Origin: Deltaproteobacteria bacterium | GTDB lineage: Bacteria; Myxococcota_A; SURF-8 | Reading direction: 5' to 3' | NCBI GenBank assembly: GCA_029570245.1 | Contig: JAKQSH010000185.1 | Span: 1 to 33,265, forward strand | DNA: 33,265 nt | In this document: piece by piece, positions 23,703 to 32,205 of the stretch | Position numbering within the stretch: the stretch's first letter is position 1 | Layout: every line of letters starts with the position of its first letter | Notes under the pieces: model-generated | Told to the model about the DNA's origin: nothing | What the model saw: the letters and a program-made list of their open reading frames with translations, nothing else | Databases searched by the model: none | Position numbers and translations under genes: made by a program

Positions 23703-25577
23703 ATGGAGTTTTCGAAATTCAGAAAAACTGAAACGCCGCAGCGGCCTGTCTTTTTTGTCGAGACACTGCTGTTTGTCGTTTTCATCATAGCTTTATATGC
23801 TCAGACCGTAAGTTACAGCTTCGTTTCTTTCGATGATCCTGCGGTAATTGTGCATAACGAGTCCATCTGGGATATTTCCTCGCTTGAAGGCATATGGAAT
23901 GTGCTGAAGCCGGAGTCGCGCGAGGGGCTGCACGAGTGGATGCCGTTGAAAAATCTGAGTCTTGCTCTGGATTACGCCTATTTCGGAGACTCTCCCACCG
24001 CTTTCAGGCCGCAGGCGTTTTTATGGTACATTCTATGTGTTATTGCTTTTCACCGCTTTCTGGCTTTGCTTTTCGATATTCTGGCGTCGCGCAGCCTTCT
24101 TCATTGGACCGGAAGCACGCGGCGCTTAGCTGCATTTTTCGCCGCCCTGCTTTTTGCGGCGCACCCGGTTCATGTGCAGTCTGTGGCCTGGCTGTCTTCG
24201 CGCAAAGACCTGCTTATGATGACCTTTTTCTTCGCCGGGTTGTATCATCAGGTTTACTCGCATTACGACGAAAACCGGGAAAGAACGGGCCGCAAGGCGA
24301 CGGCTCTGTTTTTTTACTTGCTGGCGCTGCTTTCAAAACCATCGGCGGTCGGTTTTCCGCTGATGATTGTTGTTGTTGACGCCGTTCTGGAAAAAGAAGC
24401 CGGTATTCTGGCTTTTCTGCACAAACGTCTGACTCTTTACGCCGGATATTTTGCACTTACACTTGCCTACAGCCTGCTTTATCTCAAAATAGCCGCAGGT
24501 CCCGATGGTATGGGGCTCGAAAACGTAGCCGAAGGCGTGGTGATCTTCAATGGTTCGCTGCCGCAACTTGTAGGACAGCAGATCAGCTCATATGTCGCCT
24601 GGGCTTTCTGGCCGGTGAAACTGACGCACTATCCGCTTTTTGAACTTGCTGAAACTTATGCGTCTTTCAGTGTTCTTGCCGGCCTGTCGGCGGGTCTGTT
24701 GCTTATAGTATCGGCTGTATACTGTATCAGACGTGCGCCATTGGCGACGGTCGCAATCGGCCTTTTCTTTGCGGGTCTGCTGCCGGTAATAGGTCAGGCG
24801 CCGTTCAGGCAATATTATGAAGTTCGATATCTGTTGATTTCTGTTGCGGCCCCGGCGCTGCTGGCGGCCTGGTTTTTCGCATACCTGGCGACTGTTCGCC
24901 TGAAAATTGTCGCCTGGACGACCATGGCCTCTCTGCTGTTTTTCTGGACTGTTTTCAGTCTGCGCGACATTCCGGCCTGGGCGTCAACTGAAACCCTGTG
25001 GATGGATGCACTTGCCAAAGAACCGCGACTCTGGATAGCTCATCGGCATCTTGGACTTTATTACGTCGGCAAGGGTCTTGTGGCCAAAGCCGATGCACAG
25101 GCCGACGCCTGCCTGAAAATCAATCCGACTTCGGAAGACTGCATCTGCATCAAAGCCATGACGACATTTTACCTGAAAAGTCGTGAGGAATCGCTGAAAC
25201 TGCTCGAGAATTCCATGCAGTACAACCGCACCGGCAAAATCGGCGACAACATGGCACTGGTGCTTCTGAAGATGGGTCATAAAGAAAAAGCCATGGAGGT
25301 TTACGCGCGCAACATGGAAAACCGCGCCGTTCACGCCTCGGACCTGGCGCAGTATGCGGCATTCATGTTGAGCATCGAAGAACCGGAAAAGGCGCTGGAA
25401 CTTTTTCTTAAGGCGCGCGAAATACGTGAGAATGGCGCATATGATTACGAAAGGGAAATCAAGGCTGTTCGGGAAGCGATTGAAAAGAAAAACTCCGCTC
25501 CTGACGAACCGGAAAAAGAAGACTCAGGCGAAAAATCTGTAGAAACGCCACCGCCGGATATGGATCAGCATCCCTGA
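23703..25577 (+). CDS. GT-C-fold membrane glycosyltransferase-like protein with C-terminal TPR repeats (PMT_2 / TMTC-like)
   Basis: GGGGGAGGA SD before ATG 23703. The first-loop acidic motif FVSFDDPAVIVHN is present. About 10 TM helices are followed by a soluble TPR-like C-terminal region (LGLYYVGKGLVAKADAQADACLKINP...). Confidence 0.78.
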   Translation: MEFSKFRKTETPQRPVFFVETLLFVVFIIALYAQTVSYSFVSFDDPAVIVHNESIWDISSLEGIWNVLKPESREGLHEWMPLKNLSLALDYAYFGDSPTAFRPQAFLWYILCVIAFHRFLALLFDILASRSLLHWTGSTRRLAAFFAALLFAAHPVHVQSVAWLSSRKDLLMMTFFFAGLYHQVYSHYDENRERTGRKATALFFYLLALLSKPSAVGFPLMIVVVDAVLEKEAGILAFLHKRLTLYAGYFALTLAYSLLYLKIAAGPDGMGLENVAEGVVIFNGSLPQLVGQQISSYVAWAFWPVKLTHYPLFELAETYASFSVLAGLSAGLLLIVSAVYCIRRAPLATVAIGLFFAGLLPVIGQAPFRQYYEVRYLLISVAAPALLAAWFFAYLATVRLKIVAWTTMASLLFFWTVFSLRDIPAWASTETLWMDALAKEPRLWIAHRHLGLYYVGKGLVAKADAQADACLKINPTSEDCICIKAMTTFYLKSREESLKLLENSMQYNRTGKIGDNMALVLLKMGHKEKAMEVYARNMENRAVHASDLAQYAAFMLSIEEPEKALELFLKAREIRENGAYDYEREIKAVREAIEKKNSAPDEPEKEDSGEKSVETPPPDMDQHP

Positions 25578-27658
25578 CGGCTGCGCGGTTTCTTCAGAAT
25601 GACGCGCGCGTCAACAATGCTGAAACCTTCGCCATCCGCATGAACGATCACCGGGTTCAGGTCGAGTTCGGCGATTGCTTCGACCTGATGAATAATGCCG
25701 GAAACTTTCGCAATCAGAGTTGCCAGCGCTTTTGTGTCGGCAGGCGGAAAACCCCTGAAGCCCTTCAGCATACGCACGCCCTTCAACTCTTCAATCATTT
25801 CGTTTGCGTCGTCAATATCGATGGGCGCGACGCGCGCGGAAACGTCCTCGAGCAGTTCGGTCATAATTCCGCCTGAGCCTACCAGCACTACCGGACCGAA
25901 GCTGTCGTCTGTTTTTCCGCCCACTATCATTTCTATTCCCGGCTCCGACATTTTCTGCAGCACCGCCTCAAGCGCAGCATCGGAAATTTCCTCAAGTCTC
26001 CCCCATGCTTCGCGCAATTCGGAGTCGTTACGTATACCCAGACGAACACCGCCGACATCGGTTTTGTGAGATGTTTCGCTGGAGCACAACTTGAGCGCCA
26101 GCGGATAGCCAAGCCCGGAAGCAGCCTGAAGTGCCTCGTTGAGACTGATTACCCTGCGCCACGGCGCAAGCTTAAGGCCTGCCGCTTCACAGAATTCAAG
26201 CGATTCGGACAGAGTCAGGTCGCGTCCGGCTTCAAGCGCCGCACCCGGCAGCGCAAGTCTGTCGATATCCGGGTCTTTCGAGACATAGGGCCAGGCTTTT
26301 TTAGAGTTGACGTATTCGTGGTTGATTCTCGAATAATGCATGGCTTCTACTGCGAAGCGCGGTGTCCTGAAGACCGGAATGCGGAAATTCTCTCTGACAT
26401 AAGTGCGTTCCTCGCGCTGAGTATGCAGCACCACCGTCACCGGCTTGGAATAACGCCTTATGAGGTCCGGTATCTGACTTAGCATTGTGTGAACGATATC
26501 GCCTTCTTCCTGTGCGTCGTAAGTGTGAATGAACAGCACGCCGTCTATTTCGTTCAGTTTCAAGGCTTCTTCGATGATGTGCGCCAGTATGGGATGATAA
26601 AAAATCTGTCCCATGTCCAGAGGATTCTGCAACTTGATGATGCCGCCCTGGAAATACTCCTTTACCGCCTCGAAGAACGATTGCGGAAAAGCCGGAAGTT
26701 CAAAGCCGAATTCGTCGATGGCGTCGGCAGCCAGTACGGCGTGACCGCCGGAACGCGATAACACCGCCAGACGTTTTCCGCGCATGGGCGGCAGAAACAG
26801 CTGTTTGGTGATGTTCGTCCAGCTCATGTAATCCTGAGCCAGCAGAACTCCGGCCTGCTGCATGGCCGCGCGGCAGACGCGGTCGTCTCCGGCCAGCGCC
26901 GCAGAGTGAGAGCATGCGATTTTTTTTGAACTCTGGTGACGGTTGCTTTTGAGCATGACTATGGGTTTTTTTACCCGCGAAGCCGTTTCAAGCAGCTTGC
27001 GACCGTCTGACAGTCCTTCAAGATAAGCTGCGATCACTTCCGTTTCGGGGTCGTCGGAGAGATATTCTATCAGGTCGTGCTCTTTAACATCCACCGCATT
27101 TCCGAAGCTGACGAATTTTGAAACGCCCACAAAATCAAGTGTCATATCCATGATGAAACTGGCTCCGACTCCGCCCGACTGCGAAATGGCTGAAAGCCCG
27201 CCTTTGACAAAACGGTCCAGTACGCGCGCGAAAGGTGTACACAAACCGTTTTCGCGGTTGATGATTCCGATGCAGTTCGGACCGACAAAGCGGATGCCAT
27301 GACGGCGGCAGACTTCGAGCAGTTTCTTTTCGGTGGGGCTGCCGTCGCCTTCGAACTCTCCGAAACCGCCGGACTCTATGAGCATATGCGTTATTCCCTT
27401 GCGTCCGCACTCTTCGGCTATCTGAGGAACAACCGCCGCCGGGGTCAGAACTATTGCCAGGTCTATTTTGTCTTCGATGTCCAGGACGCTTTTATAGGGC
27501 TTGAACCCTTCAACTTCTTCGGGGCGCGGTCCGGCTGCGTAAATGCGCCCCGTAAAGCCGAAACGTTTGAGATTGGCAAGAATTCTGCGCGCAAGATTGG
27601 TGTGTGAGGAAGAAACACCCACAACCACGACCGATTCGGGAAAGAAGAATTTATCCAC
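25565..27658 (-). CDS. Acetate--CoA ligase family protein (ADP-forming acetyl-CoA synthetase, fused alpha/beta)
   Basis: The N-terminal CoA-binding fold (FFFPESVVVVGVSS...), the succinyl-CoA-synthetase-like middle region (GPNCIGIIN, ISQSGGVG) and the C-terminal ATP-grasp (GYPLALKLCSSETSHKTDVGGVRL) are all present. I place the start at GTG 27658 with AGGAG 6 nt upstream. The track's ATG 27766 adds an atypical 36-aa Cys-rich extension. Confidence 0.85.
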   Translation of the reverse strand: MDKFFFPESVVVVGVSSSHTNLARRILANLKRFGFTGRIYAAGPRPEEVEGFKPYKSVLDIEDKIDLAIVLTPAAVVPQIAEECGRKGITHMLIESGGFGEFEGDGSPTEKKLLEVCRRHGIRFVGPNCIGIINRENGLCTPFARVLDRFVKGGLSAISQSGGVGASFIMDMTLDFVGVSKFVSFGNAVDVKEHDLIEYLSDDPETEVIAAYLEGLSDGRKLLETASRVKKPIVMLKSNRHQSSKKIACSHSAALAGDDRVCRAAMQQAGVLLAQDYMSWTNITKQLFLPPMRGKRLAVLSRSGGHAVLAADAIDEFGFELPAFPQSFFEAVKEYFQGGIIKLQNPLDMGQIFYHPILAHIIEEALKLNEIDGVLFIHTYDAQEEGDIVHTMLSQIPDLIRRYSKPVTVVLHTQREERTYVRENFRIPVFRTPRFAVEAMHYSRINHEYVNSKKAWPYVSKDPDIDRLALPGAALEAGRDLTLSESLEFCEAAGLKLAPWRRVISLNEALQAASGLGYPLALKLCSSETSHKTDVGGVRLGIRNDSELREAWGRLEEISDAALEAVLQKMSEPGIEMIVGGKTDDSFGPVVLVGSGGIMTELLEDVSARVAPIDIDDANEMIEELKGVRMLKGFRGFPPADTKALATLIAKVSGIIHQVEAIAELDLNPVIVHADGEGFSIVDARVILKKPRSRQGC

Positions 27659-28146
27659 TTTTTTCTCCTGTGATGCCAAGATAAGGCTATATCCGCCAGC
27701 ATAAGCAGTCCCTGCACTTTCTGTCAAGCAGATAGAACAGTTGCAGCAGATGGAACCCTGACTCATCCCCAGTAAAAATGGAAGAAGGGGAGCAGACGCG
27801 GTAATCTCACTGGTGACGAAACCCCAATATGAGATGTACCATGAATGTTCCCTGTGCTGTTTTTCCGCAAATATAAAGCCAATGCGCCGTTCGCGCCGGA
27901 AAACTCTGGCCGATATCGTTTCCGCCGCGCTGCGGCTGAATTTGTGCGCTTCAAATGTTCCGGCAGGATGCTTATATCTGCAAAGTTTCCTTTATTTTAT
28001 CATGCAGACTGCATTATTATTTTCATGGAAAAACAAATCAGCCTGGAATCTGCTGTGCAGGTTAACCGAATCGAATTGGCGTAATACGCCTGCTTTTCGT
28101 TATGCAGGCTGTTGCGGTGGAGGCGCTATTAAGAGGGGAGTGTTGA

Positions 28147-29478
28147 ATGTCTGAAGAAAAACGTGCGCATTGGGGGTCCAGGGTGGGTTTTGTGCTGGCG
28201 GCTGCGGGATCGGCTGTCGGTCTGGGCAACATCTGGCGTTTTCCATACATTACGCAGGAAAACGGCGGTGGTCTGTTTGTACTGCTTTATCTTGCCGCAG
28301 TGATTTTCATCGGTTTGCCCGTCATGCTGGGCGAGCTCGCCATCGGGCGGCACACGCAAAGCAATCCGGTCGGTGCATATCGCTCAATAAGCCGCCGCTG
28401 GCGTTTTCTGGGCTTGCTGGGTGTTATTACCGGCTTCTGCATACTGTCGTATTATTCGGTGGTGGCAGGCTGGACACTGGCCTATATTGTCAAATCGGTA
28501 AATGGCGCGCTTGATCCGGCAGGTTTCGGCCATTTCGTGGCGGAACCTTTTACTCAGGTCGTATATCTCGCCGTCTTCATTTTTCTGACATGCTTTGTCG
28601 TTGTGTGGGGAGTGCAGAAGGGTATAGAACGCATGTCGAAAATCCTTATGCCTCTGCTTCTGTTGCTGCTGCTGGCTCTTATAATTCGCGGTCTTACTCT
28701 GCCGACTGCCGCCGCAGGTCTTAAGTTTTATCTGCTACCTGACTTTTCGCAGATTTCCATGAAGGTATTTCTTCTGGCTGTCGGTCAGGCGTTTTTCTCG
28801 CTGTCATTGGGTATGGGCGCCATGCTTACCTACGGTGGCTATATAAACAAAGGCGACAATCTGTTAAAATCCGCATCGGCAGTGGTTTGCTTCGATACTT
28901 CAATTGCCCTTCTGGCTGGTTTTCTTATTTTTCCGGTAATCGGACACGGGCTTACCAAAGGCGGTCCGACTCTGGTTTTCGTCACCATGATAGAGCAGTT
29001 CAACCAGATGTCCGGCGGGCAATGGCTGGCGGCGATGTTTTTTGTTCTGCTGGCGGTGGCGGCGCTGACTTCCACAGTTTCGCTGCTGGAAGTCGTAACG
29101 GCATATCTGATCGACGAATGGAAGCTCTCGCGCAATTTGTCGGTGATCCTGACCGGCCTGTTCTGTTTCGCATTCGGAGTTCCTTCTGCGCTGTCGCTGG
29201 GCGCCAGCGATTTCTTCAGCAGCATCGTTTTCGGAAAAGGGTTCCTAGACATAATGGATTTCGTTTTCGGAAATCTTTCACTGACACTTGGTGGTCTGTT
29301 GATGTGCATCTTCATTGTGTATCGCTGGGGCATCGACAAAGCTTCGACGGAAGTTCTGTCCGGCGCTCCGGGATTCGGGCGTTTTGTTCCCGTCTGGCGC
29401 GTGCTGCTTGGCTTTGTCGTTCCTGCATCCATTGTGGTTATGCTGTTGTATATGATAATCACCGGAGGATCGCTGTAG
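28147..29478 (+). CDS. Sodium-dependent transporter, NSS/SNF family
   Basis: The canonical N-terminal segment WGSRVGFVLAAAGSAVGLGNIWRFPYITQENGGG is present. About 12 TM helices, 443 aa. Confidence 0.92.
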   Translation: MSEEKRAHWGSRVGFVLAAAGSAVGLGNIWRFPYITQENGGGLFVLLYLAAVIFIGLPVMLGELAIGRHTQSNPVGAYRSISRRWRFLGLLGVITGFCILSYYSVVAGWTLAYIVKSVNGALDPAGFGHFVAEPFTQVVYLAVFIFLTCFVVVWGVQKGIERMSKILMPLLLLLLLALIIRGLTLPTAAAGLKFYLLPDFSQISMKVFLLAVGQAFFSLSLGMGAMLTYGGYINKGDNLLKSASAVVCFDTSIALLAGFLIFPVIGHGLTKGGPTLVFVTMIEQFNQMSGGQWLAAMFFVLLAVAALTSTVSLLEVVTAYLIDEWKLSRNLSVILTGLFCFAFGVPSALSLGASDFFSSIVFGKGFLDIMDFVFGNLSLTLGGLLMCIFIVYRWGIDKASTEVLSGAPGFGRFVPVWRVLLGFVVPASIVVMLLYMIITGGSL

Positions 29479-29519
29479 TCAGTCTTCCGATTCCAAGAAA
29501 CTGATTGGAGAATTTCGCG

Positions 29520-31640
29520 ATGTCAGAAAAACCAGCAGATCAGGCTTATAAACCGGTTGTGGATGCTTCACGTCGTATTCCTGAGCTTTCGATAAAGGCA
29601 ATAATTCTCGGCTCTCTGATAGGCGTGCTCTTCGGAGCGGCCAATGTTTATCTGGCGCTCAATGTCGGTCTTACCGTCAGCGCCTCAATTCCGGCGGCGG
29701 TGATTTCCATCGCCGTACTGCGCGGCCTGATGAAAAAAGGCACCATACTCGAAAGCAATATGGTGCAGACCATCGGCTCCGCCGGTGAATCGCTGGCTGC
29801 CGGGGTGGTCTTTACTCTGCCTGCGCTGATAATCTGGGGCATGGACCCCAGTCTGTTCGGAATTTTCATGGTGGCGCTGCTGGGCGGCACACTGGGCGTA
29901 CTTATGATGATTCCGCTCAGGCGTTATCTCATAGTGGAAGAGCATGGGTGCCTGCCGTACCCTGAAGGCACTGCCTGTGCCGAAGTTCTTATTGCCGGAG
30001 AAGAAGGCGGCGTTAAGGGGCGGCGCGTTTTTCAGGGGCTTGGGATCGGTGTGTTCTACACCTTTCTGATGAAGGGTCTGGGACTCTGGCCTGAGCAGCC
30101 GTCTTTCCGACTGCCGCGTTTTAAGAGCATGGAAATCGGGCTTGATGCGCTTCCTGCTCTGCTGGGCGTGGGATTCATTATCGGGCCGCGCATCGCGGCT
30201 CTTATGCTGGCCGGCGGCGTGCTGGGCTGGCTGGTTATAATTCCCGTTATCGACACCTTCGGCTCCGGCATTCCGCACCCGGTATTCCCGGCGCAGAAAA
30301 CGCTTATAGCCTACATGGCTCCAGGCGACATATGGCGCAGCTATCTGCGGTACATCGGAGCCGGCGCGGTGGCGGCCGGCGGGCTTATCAGTCTTATTAA
30401 AGCTCTGCCCACCATCTGGGCTTCTTTCAGAAAGGCGCTGGGCAAATTCTCTTCCGCCTCCGGCGCTTCGCCGTTGCGCACGGAAATTGATCTTCCGATG
30501 AAAATCATTCTGCCTGCAATGGCCGTCATTGGCCTTCTGATGTGGCTGTTGCCTCAGGTGAAAGTCGGTTTTCTGGGAATGCTGCTGGTGATGGTGTTTT
30601 CGTTTTTCTTCGTTACTGTTTCCAGCCGCATCGTCGGCCTCATCGGCTCCAGCTCCAATCCGGCTTCGGGTATGACCATTGCAACTCTGCTGCTGGTGAC
30701 ACTGATATTCTCGTGGGCAGGTTTTTCCGGTCAGGCCGGGAAGGTGGCGGCCATTATGGCCGGCTCGCTGGTTTGTATCGGAATCTGCATCGCCGGCGAC
30801 ACTTCGCAGGACCTGAAAACAGGTTTTCTGGTCGGCGCGACACCTTTCAAGCAGCAGATCGGCGAACTGATCGGCGTCGCTGTGGCTGCGGTATTCATCG
30901 GAATGACGCTGTTCGTACTGAACGAAGGATACGGCATCGGCCCTGCGCCGGAAGAAATGAAGCCCGCACAGATGCAGGATATGCGCTCCCGCAGCGGCGC
31001 ATTTGCTTCCGATGCGGCAATGGTTTCGGTAATGCGTGCTGTTGACGCGGAAGTCGCCGCCGCCGGAGCCGATGAGTTGCCCTTTGACAAGAAAGAATTT
31101 GCCGCCTGGGACGAAAATCGCAGGCTCGAAGCCTACGATAAATATCGCAGTGGAGCGTTTTCGACCGAGGCTTCCGGCAAACGTCTGAAAGCTCCGCAGG
31201 CTACGCTTATGGCGATGGTTATTGAAGGCGTTATGGATGCCAATCTGCCGTGGATTTTTATTTTTATCGGAATATTCGCCGCTGTGGTTGTGGAACTGCT
31301 GGGCGCACCCGCACTGCCTTTCGCCGTTGGTCTTTATCTGCCTCTTTCGTTGTCCGCTCCTATAATGGTCGGCGGTCTGTTGCGCGGTTTTATCGACATG
31401 TGGCGCGATGCTGAAAAGCGTGAGCTCATGCGCGAAAACGGCATTCTGTTTTCGTCGGGTCTCATCGCCGGAGAGGCATTGATAGGAATTCTGCTTGCAG
31501 TGTTTGCCTGGCGCGGTATTCATACGGCAGCATTTGAAGGCTGGGCCGGGGAAGCCGGCAACTGGGCGGCGCTGGCCGCGTTCGGCCTGCTTGTAATGGT
31601 TCTGGCTTTGTTTCTGCGCCCGGTCAAAGAGAAAAAATAA
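29520..31640 (+). CDS. OPT-family oligopeptide transporter
   Basis: ELSIKAIILGSLIGVLFGAANVYLALNVGLTVSASIPAAVISIAVL is typical of bacterial OPT (TIGR00733-like) proteins. About 700 aa, polytopic. GGAG lies 9 nt before ATG 29520. It starts 41 nt after the NSS gene, so co-transcription is likely. Confidence 0.9.
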   Translation: MSEKPADQAYKPVVDASRRIPELSIKAIILGSLIGVLFGAANVYLALNVGLTVSASIPAAVISIAVLRGLMKKGTILESNMVQTIGSAGESLAAGVVFTLPALIIWGMDPSLFGIFMVALLGGTLGVLMMIPLRRYLIVEEHGCLPYPEGTACAEVLIAGEEGGVKGRRVFQGLGIGVFYTFLMKGLGLWPEQPSFRLPRFKSMEIGLDALPALLGVGFIIGPRIAALMLAGGVLGWLVIIPVIDTFGSGIPHPVFPAQKTLIAYMAPGDIWRSYLRYIGAGAVAAGGLISLIKALPTIWASFRKALGKFSSASGASPLRTEIDLPMKIILPAMAVIGLLMWLLPQVKVGFLGMLLVMVFSFFFVTVSSRIVGLIGSSSNPASGMTIATLLLVTLIFSWAGFSGQAGKVAAIMAGSLVCIGICIAGDTSQDLKTGFLVGATPFKQQIGELIGVAVAAVFIGMTLFVLNEGYGIGPAPEEMKPAQMQDMRSRSGAFASDAAMVSVMRAVDAEVAAAGADELPFDKKEFAAWDENRRLEAYDKYRSGAFSTEASGKRLKAPQATLMAMVIEGVMDANLPWIFIFIGIFAAVVVELLGAPALPFAVGLYLPLSLSAPIMVGGLLRGFIDMWRDAEKRELMRENGILFSSGLIAGEALIGILLAVFAWRGIHTAAFEGWAGEAGNWAALAAFGLLVMVLALFLRPVKEKK

Positions 31641-32205
31641 CCGGTTCCGTCCGCCGGTGAGGCGGCAGCTTCTAATTTTTCCGGCATCTTCAGAAAATCT
31701 GCAATCCTGCCGGTTTTGAGTTCATATCTCAGAGCCTTATTTTTTGTCGCCATCCTGAAAAATGGCCGTAAAACGAACTCGTACTTTCTTTTTCAATAAT
31801 CTTAGTGTATTATACTTAAAGTATTTTAATAATGCCTCTTAATCGAGTGCTGATAAAAATGCTTGAAAGAGTCGGATTTTAGCGTTATTGTTCATCAAGT
31901 ACATCACGGTACTGGTGCATTACCACCGTGTATTTTGGGCATTTTGAATTTTACATTTTCAGGGGCGTTTAAACGGATAAGGAAAGCAGTTGGGTGGAGT
32001 GTGCTTTTCGCACGCTTTGCCGGTCTGGATTTGAGCATCGCAGTCAACTTTTTTGTTGAAATGGGACGTTTTCCCGTTTTTTCTTTTCTGTGTGTGATAC
32101 CTGCTGTTGGCATGCGAGTTGACGGCGGTTTTTCCGCCGGCAAGATATGAATATTAAGGTTATGTCTGTAATTTATTATAAGTACAACATTTTCAGGAGG
32201 AACAA

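Noticed and set aside
25565-25577. A 13-nt overlap of the convergent 3' ends of the TMTC-like gene and the acetyl-CoA synthetase gene
   Set aside because: The overlap is real in the sequence, but short convergent overlaps are common in compact genomes. No hairpin or other signal is associated with it.
27659-27766. A Cys-rich 36-aa N-terminal extension (MSQGSICCNCSICLTES...) of the acetyl-CoA synthetase ORF, which could be mistaken for a metal-binding or RiPP-like leader
   Set aside because: There is no SD before ATG 27766. AGGAG followed 6 nt later by GTG 27658 gives the N-terminus MDKFFFPESVVVVG, typical of this family. The extension is most likely 5' UTR read in frame.
29685-31523. A 612-aa ORF on the minus strand, the second-longest minus-strand ORF in the track
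   Set aside because: It is entirely antisense to the OPT transporter, whose frame carries unmistakable family motifs. Its product is R/H/Q/G-rich low complexity with no TM or domain pattern and no SD. Long stop-free antisense frames are expected from the codon bias of the sense gene.
31520-31753. A 77-aa minus-strand ORF in the gap after the OPT gene
   Set aside because: It has no SD, and its last 40 or so codons run antisense into the OPT coding region. The composition is A/S/P-rich.
31863-32150. A 95-aa TTG-initiated plus-strand ORF upstream of the CSLREA gene
   Set aside because: It has a TTG start without an SD and no recognisable motif. It overlaps predicted hairpins, so I treat it as part of a non-coding leader (see the finding on 31641..32205).
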